Virus record (IMG/VR): IMGVR_UViG_646311924_000016
Strand: one strand, 5' to 3'
Length of the DNA stretch: 45,166 nt
Source: a virus
Taxonomy: Duplodnaviria; Heunggongvirae; Uroviricota; Caudoviricetes
In this document: positions 9,873-20,058 of the stretch, one piece after another
How the letters are laid out: the number at the start of each line of letters is the position of its first letter
Position numbering within the stretch: the stretch's first letter is position 1
Translations under genes and position numbers: made by a program
The notes under the pieces: generated by a model
Told to the model about the DNA's origin: nothing
Seen by the model: the letters and a program-made list of their open reading frames with translations, nothing else
Database searches by the model: none

Positions 9873-10023
9873 ACTTTTCCACCAATAAAAAAAGCCCGCA
9901 GCAGTGACGCCACGGGCTTCAGGACAGTGTAACTTTACGTTTCCTCAAACGCAGTTCACCCCATAAGGTGGATGAACCTGCGTATCATAACAATATTTAC
10001 AGAAGATAAATCGGCGTCTGTTG

Positions 10024-10623
10024 TCAGAAACGGTATCCGATACCAACAATAAATGCATCCGATCGCCAGTCGCCACTACCGGAACCTTCATAAGCAAGGT
10101 CAATGGTCACGGATTCGGTCGGGTTAAACTGCACGCCAGCCCCCCACGCCAGAGACGTGTTGCTGTGGCGACCGTCATCACTTCCGGTCAGCACATCGTG
10201 CGTTTTCCCCTTGTTGTCAGTTACGCGGAGATAATCCCCGGAGAAAGTCGACACACGGCTGTAAGCCACACCCGCCATCGCATACGCGCTGAACCATTCA
10301 TTCACGCGTACAGACGGCCCCGCCATCACGCTGAACCAGCGGTTACGCACGGAATCTTCATGCCAGCGGGTATCGCTGTAGCGCGTTTTTTGCTCATCCT
10401 CAGCATTGGCATAACTGAAGGACGTAATCAGCCCCAGCGCGTCCATAAACTCATAACGGTATTTCACGTTAATCCCGTTCAGATCATCACTACCGGGAAC
10501 GTTCGTCGAGGCATGGAGATACCCCGCGCTCAGCGTGGACTGATGTTCTGCTGCACTCGCTGGCGTAGCAGCGGCGACCTGCCAGACTACTGCGGACAAA
10601 ATAACAGCACATAATTTACGCAT
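10024..10623 (-). CDS. lom: Outer membrane protein Lom (Ail/Lom family)
   Basis: 199 aa with signal peptide; C-terminus '...DLAYEGSGSGDWRSDAFIVGIGYRF' matches recalled lambda Lom; located between J and stf as in lambda. Confidence 0.9.
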   Translation of the reverse strand: MRKLCAVILSAVVWQVAAATPASAAEHQSTLSAGYLHASTNVPGSDDLNGINVKYRYEFMDALGLITSFSYANAEDEQKTRYSDTRWHEDSVRNRWFSVMAGPSVRVNEWFSAYAMAGVAYSRVSTFSGDYLRVTDNKGKTHDVLTGSDDGRHSNTSLAWGAGVQFNPTESVTIDLAYEGSGSGDWRSDAFIVGIGYRF

Positions 10624-10690
10624 AATTACCTCTCGCTTTTCTGCAATAAAAAAGGCGCCATTTCTGGCGCCCGTATCTGGGTTATAAAAT

Positions 10691-13600
10691 TCAGCTAATC
10701 GTGATGCCTGCAGTGGCTTTCTTCATCACCACAACCAGCAAATCGCTGATACTTGCTGTGGGATACCAGTTATTTACCAGCCATGCTGACACCGAAAACT
10801 CCAGTGTCATGTGACCGTGACCGGCAGGCATATCAATAACACCACTGTAAATCAGCGTATTATCCAGCGCGGTACGGTTATAAATTTCAGCACCGTTTTT
10901 CCGCACTATCAGACGGCATGAGGAGTAAATATCAGTATGCTCTTTCTCATGTTTAGCGCCGCTGAATGCCACCGCCGGAATAACAATCTGCCGGTCAAAC
11001 GGCTGATCGTCATAAACCCTGACGGTAATGGTTCCTGATGGCCACCGCTCCGGTGCACGGGAGTCCCGGGGGAAAGCTTTGCCCACTGTTTTAACGAGAT
11101 CGCCTTCAATCTGGTTCGCGGACAATTTTCCCAGAACCCGACAGTTCTCGTTAATCGTGACGTTGTTGAGCGTCCCGGAGTTCGCATTCACGTTACCGCT
11201 GATATCGGCATTTTTCGCCGTCAGCCGCCCGTCCGGTGTCAGGGAAAATGCCGGAGGATTACCGCCGCTGGTAATGGTGGGAGCCGTCAGATATTTCAGG
11301 AACACTTCATTCATAAATATCTGATCGCCCTGACCAACAAACATCGGCTTTGTGTTGCCATTCGCAGGATTAATCATCGCAATCCTGTCTGCCGCCAGCA
11401 GCACCTGACTCTGCATTCCTGCTGGCGTATTCTCAATACCGGCACCGATACCCGCAATATAAAGGCGTCCGTCCTGCATCTGCTGCAGTTTCACGGCCCA
11501 CATGCTGTTCAGGTTATTATTTGTATCAACCTGAACTTTCTGTATCTGCTGGATTGCCGCACTCTGATTTTCCAGTTTTTTATTGACGGTCTGCGTGATT
11601 TCATTGCTGACATTCGTAATGGACGTCCTGATTTCAGCCAGGTCCGGCGCAAGCTGACCGTTATCAATCTGCGTCCACAGCTCCTGGGCCAGATGTGTTT
11701 TCCCGATTTCTCCTTTGAAAAAATCCAGGTAACCTTCCGCATCATCGCTCGCCCGACCGACAGCCTCCACGAATGCCGATTTGCCAACAGTATTCACACT
11801 GCGGATATAAAAATAATAATCATGGCCCGGTTTGATATTGATACTGGCAGCTATCCAGTACAGCGCCGAGCCAAGATAGCGGGCTGCGGTTTCAACCTGC
11901 CTGATATCCGCAATCCGCTTTTCCGAGAACCAGAACTCAAACTGTACCGTCGGGTCATAAACGGCAAGATGCGGCGTGGCGGTTATCTGAAAATAGCCCG
12001 GCGTCAGCTCAATCCGCGACGGTGCTGCCGGTGCGGCAATCCGGAAGGTGGTGGTGGCAGGTTCACCCTGCTGGCCATAGCTGTTTATCGCCCGCACCGT
12101 CAGGGTGTATTCCCCGAGCGGCAGGCCGCTGAAACGGTGCTCCGTGTCTGCGGTGATGGCGGTGGTCACCAGTCTGGCATCCGTTCCCTTACCACTGGTC
12201 AGGCGCAGACTGAAGCGCACGCCCTTCACCACCCGCGGCGTGTCCCATTTAGCCTGCGCCAGATACTGGCCGTCAGCTGCACTCACCTCCACCGTCAGGT
12301 GCTGTACTGCCGGTGGGATGACGCTGTTCAGGGAACCTGACTGCGGCTCAAAGCGGGCACCGTTATCCACGATGGCTTCTTTTTCCGGTACGTGCTGCAC
12401 CGCCGTGATGGCAAAGGTGCCGTCCGTGTTTTCCCGGACGGAGACACAGCGGAACAGGCGACGACGCAGTGACGGCAGGGAGAGTCCCCATACACCGTAT
12501 GTCTCCACACCATCAGGCAGGGTGCTGACCTGTATCCGGTCCGGCGCGGGGTGTGCAGTGATGGCCACGCTCACCGGCTTACCGCTGCCGTTAATCAGGT
12601 TCACCGTGGCGGCACCTGTCTCCGGCAGGGTCACCTCACGGTCCAGTGTCAGGGTGCGGCTGGCGGCATCAATGGACAGGACACGTCCGCCGGTCATGGT
12701 CCCGGCATAGTCGTTATCACAGATTTCAATAATGTCACCGGGTGTGTGACGCAGCCCCTGTGACCCGAGCGTGAAATCCACCGTCTGCGTTTCCAGCAGT
12801 CCGGTCTTTATCACCCACAGCCCGGCACGGTGGGCCTGACCGCGACTGGTGCAACCGAACGCATCCATCTTCAGCAGGTTGCGCCCGTAGCGCAGTATGG
12901 CTTCCGGGTCTTCCACCAGTTCCGTGGAGGTCTGCCAGCCGTTCTGCGGGTCGGTGTAATTCACCTCCACCGCCGTGTGGCGGTCCTTCAGGGCGCTGAA
13001 GCTGTAGCGAAACCCCACGCCGTTATCATCCACCACCACATCGCAGTTGGTGTACGGCCACACCACATCCGACGGGCGGTCCTGAACGAACGTCAGCGTC
13101 TGGCCGTTCCATACCGGCATACAGCGCATCGCCGAGCAGAAATCACTGAGAACGTCCCACGCCTTACGCTGTTGTGACAGGTACGCATTAAAGGTCATCC
13201 GCGGCTCTGTGCCCCCGAAACCATCCGGGACCGTCTGGTCGCAGTACTGCCCGATGGCATACAGCGCCCACTTGTCCACATCCGCCGCCCCCAGACGTTT
13301 TCCCATGCCGTAGCGCGGGTGAGTCAGCATGTCCCACAGACACCAGGCCGGGTTGTTGCTGTATGCCGGTTTCAGACTGCCGTCCCAGATACCACTGTAC
13401 GTGCGTTTTTCCGGGTCATAGTTTGACGGCACCTGGATGATGCGACCGCGGATATGGTAGTTCACCGTCATCTGCTGGCCGCCGAACTGCTCCGCATCCA
13501 CCTGCAGCCCCACAATGGCCGTGTTCGGGTAGCACTGTTTCACATCGATGATTTCGGTGTATGACGACCACAGCGTCTTATTCTGCAGCTGGTCCGTGGT

Positions 13601-14164
13601 GCTGTCCGCCGTCTCCCTGACCATCCGGATGTTAAAGGGCCGGGGAGGCAGATTATCCAGAATCACCGAGGCCAGGAACTGTGAGGTGGTCTTGCCGTTA
13701 ATGGTGACGTCCTTTTCTGTCACCCAGTTACCGTTACGCTGTAACTGAATCAGCAGGCGGACGGATGCCGGGTTACGGTCACCCTTTGAGGTGGTCTCCA
13801 CCAGTGACTGCACCCCGAAGGTAACCCGCAGGCGGTCAATGTTCGCGGACGTAATGGTGCGCGTCACCGGTTTTGCCTTCGTCACTTCCACGCCCAGTCC
13901 GGTTTCAGCTCCGGAGGACTCAAAGCCTTCCGGTGGTGTCTGCTCCTGCTCCCCGGCGCGCCAGACCGCGGTCACACCGTGTATCACGGGATTGCCGTCC
14001 GTGTCCGTCAGTGGGGTTTTGTTCACCAGAATACTCTGCAGTCCCTTCACCGGACCTTCTATCGGTCCCTCACCAATCGCATCAATCACACTCATCATCT
14101 GCGTGGATTTGAGATTATCCTTCGCCTCACGAGGCGTGTGTGCCTTACCGCCACCTTTTCCCAT
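10691..14164 (-). CDS. J: Host specificity / central tail fiber protein J
   Basis: 1157 aa; N-terminus '[42 protein letters not shown]' matches recalled lambda J; size and position after I. Confidence 0.95.
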   Translation of the reverse strand: MGKGGGKAHTPREAKDNLKSTQMMSVIDAIGEGPIEGPVKGLQSILVNKTPLTDTDGNPVIHGVTAVWRAGEQEQTPPEGFESSGAETGLGVEVTKAKPVTRTITSANIDRLRVTFGVQSLVETTSKGDRNPASVRLLIQLQRNGNWVTEKDVTINGKTTSQFLASVILDNLPPRPFNIRMVRETADSTTDQLQNKTLWSSYTEIIDVKQCYPNTAIVGLQVDAEQFGGQQMTVNYHIRGRIIQVPSNYDPEKRTYSGIWDGSLKPAYSNNPAWCLWDMLTHPRYGMGKRLGAADVDKWALYAIGQYCDQTVPDGFGGTEPRMTFNAYLSQQRKAWDVLSDFCSAMRCMPVWNGQTLTFVQDRPSDVVWPYTNCDVVVDDNGVGFRYSFSALKDRHTAVEVNYTDPQNGWQTSTELVEDPEAILRYGRNLLKMDAFGCTSRGQAHRAGLWVIKTGLLETQTVDFTLGSQGLRHTPGDIIEICDNDYAGTMTGGRVLSIDAASRTLTLDREVTLPETGAATVNLINGSGKPVSVAITAHPAPDRIQVSTLPDGVETYGVWGLSLPSLRRRLFRCVSVRENTDGTFAITAVQHVPEKEAIVDNGARFEPQSGSLNSVIPPAVQHLTVEVSAADGQYLAQAKWDTPRVVKGVRFSLRLTSGKGTDARLVTTAITADTEHRFSGLPLGEYTLTVRAINSYGQQGEPATTTFRIAAPAAPSRIELTPGYFQITATPHLAVYDPTVQFEFWFSEKRIADIRQVETAARYLGSALYWIAASINIKPGHDYYFYIRSVNTVGKSAFVEAVGRASDDAEGYLDFFKGEIGKTHLAQELWTQIDNGQLAPDLAEIRTSITNVSNEITQTVNKKLENQSAAIQQIQKVQVDTNNNLNSMWAVKLQQMQDGRLYIAGIGAGIENTPAGMQSQVLLAADRIAMINPANGNTKPMFVGQGDQIFMNEVFLKYLTAPTITSGGNPPAFSLTPDGRLTAKNADISGNVNANSGTLNNVTINENCRVLGKLSANQIEGDLVKTVGKAFPRDSRAPERWPSGTITVRVYDDQPFDRQIVIPAVAFSGAKHEKEHTDIYSSCRLIVRKNGAEIYNRTALDNTLIYSGVIDMPAGHGHMTLEFSVSAWLVNNWYPTASISDLLVVVMKKATAGITIS

Positions 14165-14369
14165 ACAGCCTTCCCCTGAATAAATTAACCGCCACTTGCC
14201 ATTCCGTACAGAAGTCGGATATCCTTCGCCCGAAAAGCATGAAACACATTTCTGCCATGCTAAAGAGAAACCCCGGTATCAGCAGATACCGGGGTTTTCT
14301 TTCATGCCCACCGATAATCCTGTTGGTTAAAACCGGTAATGGCATAAAAATTCTGAATATCTTCACATT

Positions 14370-14397
14370 TTCACACACTGACTGTGGCGCTTATAAT
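14370..14397 (+). promoter_or_regulatory. Near-consensus sigma70 promoter in the I-J intergenic region
   Basis: -35 'ttcaca' (14370-14375), 16-nt spacer, -10 'tataat' (14392-14397); faces away from J toward a terminator 100 nt downstream. Confidence 0.4.
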
Positions 14398-14404
14398 TTC
14401 GCTG

Positions 14405-14502
14405 CGTTAGTGTTTTTTTGCCCGAGTAACAAAAACAACTCCTTAACATTGATCTTCATTTGTCTGTCCCCGCAGCTCCGCGATCACTGCGGGATTTTTT
14501 TA
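14405..14502 (+). ncRNA. Candidate small RNA (about 95 nt) defined by promoter and intrinsic terminator in the I-J intergenic region
   Basis: Promoter at 14370-14397; terminator hairpin cccgcag / ctgcggg (14469-14475 / 14487-14493) followed by T-run to 14502; CA-rich single-stranded segment 'aacaaaaacaactcc'; no ORF with RBS. Unverified. Confidence 0.3.
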
Positions 14503-14506
14503 TGTT

Positions 14507-15187
14507 TTATCCCTGTCGCCCGACAACCACGACCGTTCCGCCCCCGCCTTCATCACGGGTGCTGATGTCCTGGGATATACGGCGGGAGCCAACCAGCATT
14601 TCCCCGTAAGGCACCGGCATCGGGTTCCCCTGGGCAATCATGTTATCCAGCGAGGAAAAGTACGTGTTCTGTCTGCCGTTATCCGTTGCGCGGTAATCCG
14701 GTGTTTTTGCCTTCGGGGCCAGCATCTGGGCCACACCGCCCAGAATCATGCTGGCTCCAAGTGAAAACAGCATCGTGGTGGCAGAAAAACCACCGGCTGC
14801 CAGGGCTGAACCCCATAACGCCATTGATGCCCCGGCAGTGAAGAAAGAGCCCACGATGGCTGCCGCCCCCAGCACAATCTGCAGTCCGCCCTTTCCGGCT
14901 CCGGCCAGTCGCGGCACAATATGGATGACCGTTCCCTCACCCAGCTGTTCGTGAAGACGGGCGTACACCGCCTCCGGTGCCGTGTCCTCACCGCGAATAC
15001 GTATCTGGTACCAGCCTTCGTTCATCTGACGGCGGAATCCCGGCATCTGCATCGACAGGGCACGGATGGCTTCCGCTGCCGTGTTCACATACAGGCTGAG
15101 GCGGCGGCCAAATCGTTGTAAATCCCCGTGAAGGCAGATACGTGCCAGTGGCGGTGACGCCAGGCTGAATGCGTTCGTCGTTGCCAT
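14507..15187 (-). CDS. I: Tail assembly protein I
   Basis: 226 aa; 'MATTNAFSLASPPLARICLHGDLQRFGRR...' and C-terminal membrane-like region match recalled lambda gpI. Confidence 0.9.
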   Translation of the reverse strand: MATTNAFSLASPPLARICLHGDLQRFGRRLSLYVNTAAEAIRALSMQMPGFRRQMNEGWYQIRIRGEDTAPEAVYARLHEQLGEGTVIHIVPRLAGAGKGGLQIVLGAAAIVGSFFTAGASMALWGSALAAGGFSATTMLFSLGASMILGGVAQMLAPKAKTPDYRATDNGRQNTYFSSLDNMIAQGNPMPVPYGEMLVGSRRISQDISTRDEGGGGTVVVVGRQG

Positions 15188-15828
15188 TTTTCGGAATACC
15201 TCTCCCGTTTACTCAGTTGTTCAGGCAGATGGTGAAGCAGCTCACCGTTGCCGCAGTATATGGCGGCATGATTGGCCACCGATGCGCCAAAGCAGCACAG
15301 CAGGATATCGCCAGGCTGTGCGGAAGGCAGGGAAATCCTGTAAAAACCAGTCGCCTCCATATTGCCCAGGTACAGGTTCTGACCGTTGCGCCACCAGTCA
15401 TCCTCACGCTCAAAATCCGGCATATCAATTCCCGCCAGATGGTAGGCATCCCGGAACAGCGTGTAACAGTCCGTCACCCCGTGCTCAAAGCGCCGTCCTG
15501 TCAGATGTGGCACACAGCGGAATTTGTGAATGTCACCCCGGCAGACCAGCCACCAGGGCAGTGCGCTTTTTATCTGCAGCCGCCGGTCAGCCTCGCTCAG
15601 CCAGGGCAGCCCACCGGGATGACTGTGGACCAGTGCCACAATCTCCCCCTGCATCTCTGCCCGCAGCCAGTCTTCCGGTGCGATACGAAAATACGCCTCC
15701 GGCTCTGCAGAAATATTCACACAAGGGATATACCACTCCCCCTCCGGCGTGCTTATCACGAAGCCGCACGACTCCGCAGGCACACACCGCCGGGCATGCG
15801 CCAGAATCGCTGATTCTGTCTGTGTCAT
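15085..15828 (-). CDS. K: Tail assembly protein K (JAB/MPN plus NlpC/P60 peptidase-like)
   Basis: 247 aa; 'MTQTESAILAHARRC...ALVHSHPGGLPWLSEADRRLQ...' matches recalled lambda gpK; overlaps the start of I as in lambda. Confidence 0.9.
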   Translation of the reverse strand: MTQTESAILAHARRCVPAESCGFVISTPEGEWYIPCVNISAEPEAYFRIAPEDWLRAEMQGEIVALVHSHPGGLPWLSEADRRLQIKSALPWWLVCRGDIHKFRCVPHLTGRRFEHGVTDCYTLFRDAYHLAGIDMPDFEREDDWWRNGQNLYLGNMEATGFYRISLPSAQPGDILLCCFGASVANHAAIYCGNGELLHHLPEQLSKRERYSEKWQRRTHSAWRHRHWHVSAFTGIYNDLAAASACM

Positions 15829-15833
15829 TGGAT

Positions 15834-16532
15834 TTACTGCGAAAGTTTGTTAATGGAAAGGAAACCGCCAAAATTAGCCACCATGCCGCGCATCTCACAC
15901 CCGCGCATGCACTTGCTGCATCTGTCCTTACGGATATCGGTGGTGGGTTTATCGAACTCATCCGCCACCGCAGGACCGTTATACCCGCATTCATCTCCCC
16001 GGTAATCCCACATACAGGTGTTCGCCAGCATGATGCGACCGGGAAACAGCGCCCCATCCGTCTCGGTCGGTGTAGCCAGCACAAACGAGGCCGTCATGGC
16101 TGTCAGCTGCGACATCTGCTCCACCACCCAGCGGTCACTCAGCTCCTGCTCCGGGTCCGCTTCCGGATTGCCCGCAACGAAATTCACCGCATCCAGAAAA
16201 CGGGCATACACCCGGCGGCGGACCACCGTGGCCCCCACCAGACTCTGCAGGTCCTCCGCCATCCCGGTGACAAGGCCAAACAGATTGGACACCGTCAGCG
16301 ACGGGCGGGCACTGCTGCCCCGGCCGTTCATCTCAAAGCCGCTGCCGTCAATCGGGTATGCCTCATACTTACGCCCCTGCCAGGTGACCGGCTCCCCTTT
16401 TTCATTCAGCTCATTACAGAAAAAATACCGCTCACCACCCTGTACCGTCAGGTCGATTTCCCAGAGTACCACCCGCGGTGACTGCTCTGACTTAACCGAC
16501 TCGTTCAGACTTTCTTCGCGAATATCCTGCAT
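15834..16532 (-). CDS. L: Minor tail protein L
   Basis: 232 aa, same length as lambda gpL; position between M and K. Confidence 0.85.
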   Translation of the reverse strand: MQDIREESLNESVKSEQSPRVVLWEIDLTVQGGERYFFCNELNEKGEPVTWQGRKYEAYPIDGSGFEMNGRGSSARPSLTVSNLFGLVTGMAEDLQSLVGATVVRRRVYARFLDAVNFVAGNPEADPEQELSDRWVVEQMSQLTAMTASFVLATPTETDGALFPGRIMLANTCMWDYRGDECGYNGPAVADEFDKPTTDIRKDRCSKCMRGCEMRGMVANFGGFLSINKLSQ

Positions 16533-16873
16533 CAGTTCACCACCTGCTCAATCGTACAACTGAAATCACTGTACCTGGCGTTATCTGTGACGCTCCACTC
16601 CCGGCACACCACCCTCACCGTCCGGTTATGTTTCGGCGGTCGCCACAAAAAGGCACGGTAACCACCATGCCAGGATAAAAATTCATCCAGCCAGCGCCGG
16701 GTTGGTTCATCCGTCACCCGGAACACCGCCTGAAACGTCTTCAGTCTGGCATTAAGTCCCGTCGGTCGGCGCTGTTCATAACCGTCACCAAACCGAACCC
16801 TCACCACCGACGGTTTCTCACTCACCTGCATCCCTTCACGCGGGACCAGATGCAGCGTTTTTATCTCAGCCAC
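16532..16873 (-). CDS. M: Minor tail protein M
   Basis: 113 aa; position between H and L; start overlaps the H stop. Confidence 0.85.
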   Translation of the reverse strand: MAEIKTLHLVPREGMQVSEKPSVVRVRFGDGYEQRRPTGLNARLKTFQAVFRVTDEPTRRWLDEFLSWHGGYRAFLWRPPKHNRTVRVVCREWSVTDNARYSDFSCTIEQVVN

Positions 16874-18314
16874 TCAGCATTCCTCCGTCACGTCGCATGG
16901 ACAGCATCACCGCCTGCACCCGCTGGTCAATCAGCTGCACAAGACTGCCTGCCGCCTCCGGCCCTATCTGGCCATTAGTCCCGTCATTCTGAATGGCGAT
17001 ATGGTAGACCGGGGAATACACCAGACCCGCACTGCCGTTCATACTGCCCACCGCGCGTACGCCCAGCGAGCCATCCGCCGCCCGGGTCAGGGGCATAATA
17101 GCTTCAGGTCCGGCTTCCCCCATCAGCCCGGCCCCTTTTGCAAACGCAAAGTACGTGGGCGTATCCACAATACTGTTGCTGTACGCACTCAGGTTTGCCG
17201 AGGTATACACGCCGCCTTTTGCATTGGCCACCGCCCCGCCCAGCCAGTCACCAATGCTGCCGAGAAATCCTCCCGCACCGGACATACCGTTTGCCGCCGT
17301 CTTAATTCCGTTGACAATCGCGGCATTCATAAGAACTTTTGAGATTTCCTGCAGTACGGATGAGGCCCAGTTGCGCCATTCCACTTTGTTTCCGTTCAGC
17401 ATCTCCGTGATGTTATTCACCATCCCTGAGATACCCTCCGTCGCAAGCTGTGCTGCCTGTGAAGCGTAATCGGATGCATTGTCCACCCAGTTACTGAGCC
17501 CCTCCTGCAAGCCTTTCTGCCAGTCCGCACGCTGCGCATCCGATTCGGCATAAAAGGCTGCCTGGTCCTTAAGGCGTTCGCTCAGATACTGCGCGTTCTG
17601 TGCCCGTGCCTGTCTGTAAAAATCCTCACTGATATCCCCGGTCTGATACTGAGACTGAAGGTCCGCATCCTTCTGGCGGAAGCTGTCGCGGATCTGCTGC
17701 AACTCCCGCATGCGTTCCCTGGCTCGTTCTCCCTGCCCGTATCCCAGCAGTTCGGCTTCATTTGATGCACGCGCAGCCACATTATCATTCTTCAGGGTCT
17801 CTTCCCGGGATCGCAACTGTTCCCGGATTTTTTGCTGGTCAATCAGGGCCGCGTTACGCAGCAGTTCCTGCTTCTGCATCTCCGTCAGGGTTTTCAGTTC
17901 GCCCTGCGCAGTCTGGTACTTCAGCTTCGCCAGCTCTGTATTCTGACCCGCCAGTGCCAGTTGCTCTTTCTGCTGCTTCAGTAGCCGGGAAAAACTGTCT
18001 TCCGCTTTTTCCGTCTCTGATTTTCCACCCCGGGATTTAGGTTTGTTCGCCTCGTTATTACGCCAGGCTTCCAGAGCATTACTGATATAACGCTGTCTCG
18101 CCTCCTGATACGAATCCCCCACAAAACCAAGGTCATCCGCCGCATACCCCAGCCGGACACGCTCTTTTTCCTCCCCCTTCAGTCGGGACAGGGCCAGCTC
18201 ACGTTCTGTTTTTGTCAGGGCGCTCTGCTGTTTATCATCGAGTAGGCAGCCTGGCGGCTGCGGCTTGTCATGGCCTGAAATTACCGTTATAAAAACAGAC
18301 AATATCATTGTCTT
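16866..18314 (-). pseudogene. H: Tail tape measure protein H, C-terminal portion (gene split by IS insertion)
   Basis: C-terminus '...INNDGTNGQIGPEAAGSLVQLIDQRVQAVMLSMRRDGGMLSG' matches recalled lambda gpH C-terminus; reading frame bounded upstream by a stop at 18315-18317 next to the IS. Confidence 0.85.
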
Positions 18315-18326
18315 TCAGGTAGTTAT

Positions 18327-18692
18327 ATGTCCCGTTCAGCTAAACCCCGTAAACGAAAACCTGCCCCTCAAAGAAGCAAACTTCCCCGCTATGTCGTGAA
18401 GCTTCACGACGATGACTTCTTTGACGAAGAAGACGCAGAAGCTCTGCGCTTTGATAATTTTGACGATGCCGTTGAGTGCTGCGCAGACCTGAATATTCCC
18501 TTCTTTGTGGATGCCGGAAACAAAAAGCTGGTCTTCTGGTTTGTACGTGTTGATGACGAAGGGTATCCTGAAATAGCCCGCTGCACGGAGCGGGAGTTTG
18601 CGACCATTCTTGCCGGTATCAGCGCCGGCGGCATGTACTGCCCGGAGTGTGGCACGGTTCACTGGCCGGACGGAGTCCCCCCGCCCTTCTGA
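18327..18692 (+). CDS. IS91-family accessory ORF (ORF121-like)
   Basis: 121-aa ORF immediately upstream of and overlapping the transposase start (TGATG); matches the recalled IS91 ORF121 size. Confidence 0.6.
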   Translation: MSRSAKPRKRKPAPQRSKLPRYVVKLHDDDFFDEEDAEALRFDNFDDAVECCADLNIPFFVDAGNKKLVFWFVRVDDEGYPEIARCTEREFATILAGISAGGMYCPECGTVHWPDGVPPPF

Positions 18693-19879
18693 TGCTTCCC
18701 CGTTTTGCCGACATTTTTCAGCAGGGAAACCGCTGGCTTAACTGGCTGGAGAAACAACCGGAAGGTTCAGTGCGTCCGGTAGTCATTGAGTCTGTGACAA
18801 AAATCATGGCCTGCGGGACCACGCTGATGGGGTACACACAGTGGTGCTGTTCATCTCCGGACTGCAGCCACATAAAAAAGATCTGCTTCCGGTGTAAAAG
18901 TCGCTCCTGCCCGCACTGCGGAGTGAAGGCTGGCGCACAGTGGATACAGTATCTGCTGAGTCTGGTTCCCGACTGTCCGTGGCAGCATATTGTGTTCACA
19001 CTTCCCTGCCAGTACTGGTCCCTGGTGTTCCACAACCGGTGGTTACTGGCAGAGATGAGCCGCATTGCTGCGGATGTGATACAGGAAATCTGCCGCCAGG
19101 CAGATGTGGTGCCGGGGATATTCACGGTCATCCACACATGGGGACGTGACCAGCAGTGGCATCCGCACATTCACCTGTCGACAACGACCGGCGGCGTGAC
19201 ATCAGACCACACCTGGAAAAACCTTCATTTTTACGCCCGTAAGGTGATGAGTATGTGGCGTTACCGGATAACGCGGTTACTGTCACGGAAATATCCGGAC
19301 CTGGTGATACCGGATGCGCTGGCAGCAGAAGGAAGCAGTAAACGGGACTGGAATCGCTTCCTGGACAGTCATTACCGGCGGGGCTGGAATGTCAACGTAT
19401 CCCGGGTGATGGATAACGCCACACATGTGGCGGTGTACTTCGGCTCTTACCTGAAAAAACCGCCGGTGCCGATGAGCCGTCTGGAGCACTATGCTGGTCA
19501 GGATGAAATTGGTCTGCGTTACAACAGTCACCGGACAAAACGGGAAGAATACCTGGTGATGAGTGGTGATGAGTTTATGGAAAGGTTCTCCTGGCATGTG
19601 GCGGATAAGGGGTTCCGTATGGTGAGGTACTACGGTTTCCTGAGTCCGGTGAAGCGCCGGTTACTGGAAGATGTTGTGTACGTCATAACGGAGACGGTGA
19701 GAAAGACGGCGATGCAAATCAGGTGGAGAGGGATGTATCAGCGGTTACTGAAGGTTGACCCGCTGAAGTGCATCCTGTGCGGAGGTCAGATGCGTTTTAC
19801 GGGGCTGAAGCGGGGCTACCGTCTGACAGAGCTGGTCCTGATGCATGAGCCACTGGCGCAACAGCGGGTGTGCGGCTGA
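18692..19879 (+). CDS. tnpA: IS91-family HUH (rolling-circle) transposase
   Basis: N-terminal Cys-rich zinc-binding region ('CFRCKSRSCPHCG'), HUH-type motif 'WHPHIHL', C-terminal tyrosine motif 'RYYGFLSP'. Start may be the upstream in-frame codon at 18647. Confidence 0.8.
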   Translation: MLPRFADIFQQGNRWLNWLEKQPEGSVRPVVIESVTKIMACGTTLMGYTQWCCSSPDCSHIKKICFRCKSRSCPHCGVKAGAQWIQYLLSLVPDCPWQHIVFTLPCQYWSLVFHNRWLLAEMSRIAADVIQEICRQADVVPGIFTVIHTWGRDQQWHPHIHLSTTTGGVTSDHTWKNLHFYARKVMSMWRYRITRLLSRKYPDLVIPDALAAEGSSKRDWNRFLDSHYRRGWNVNVSRVMDNATHVAVYFGSYLKKPPVPMSRLEHYAGQDEIGLRYNSHRTKREEYLVMSGDEFMERFSWHVADKGFRMVRYYGFLSPVKRRLLEDVVYVITETVRKTAMQIRWRGMYQRLLKVDPLKCILCGGQMRFTGLKRGYRLTELVLMHEPLAQQRVCG

Positions 19880-20058
19880 GAGCCGCATCGGAGAAGTTGC
19901 GTCCATTTTCAGGGGAATGGGGTAAAAAACCATCAGTGATATGCAGTATCAATCGATAAGATCCATTTAATTGACGGCGGTGCACTCATGGCACGCAGGC
20001 AGTGTTGAATAAACATCCGTTTTTGGGTGTTTTTTTAATCTTTTTGGGATTTAAATTC

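Larger units (their letters stand above)
18309..20058 (+). mobile_element. IS91-family insertion sequence (about 1.75 kb) inserted in the tape measure gene
   Basis: Two-ORF organisation (121-aa ORF plus HUH transposase) between the two halves of gene H; exact ends uncertain by up to ~100 bp, no inverted repeats expected for this family. Confidence 0.75.

Noticed and set aside
11693-13177. Plus-strand ORFs of 115-215 aa antisense to J
   Set aside because: Lie entirely within the well-supported J coding frame, lack RBSs and have Arg/Gly/Pro-rich composition; judged spurious.
15282-16563. 399-aa and 181-aa plus-strand ORFs antisense to K and L
   Set aside because: Same reasoning: antisense to conserved tail genes, low-complexity composition, no RBS.
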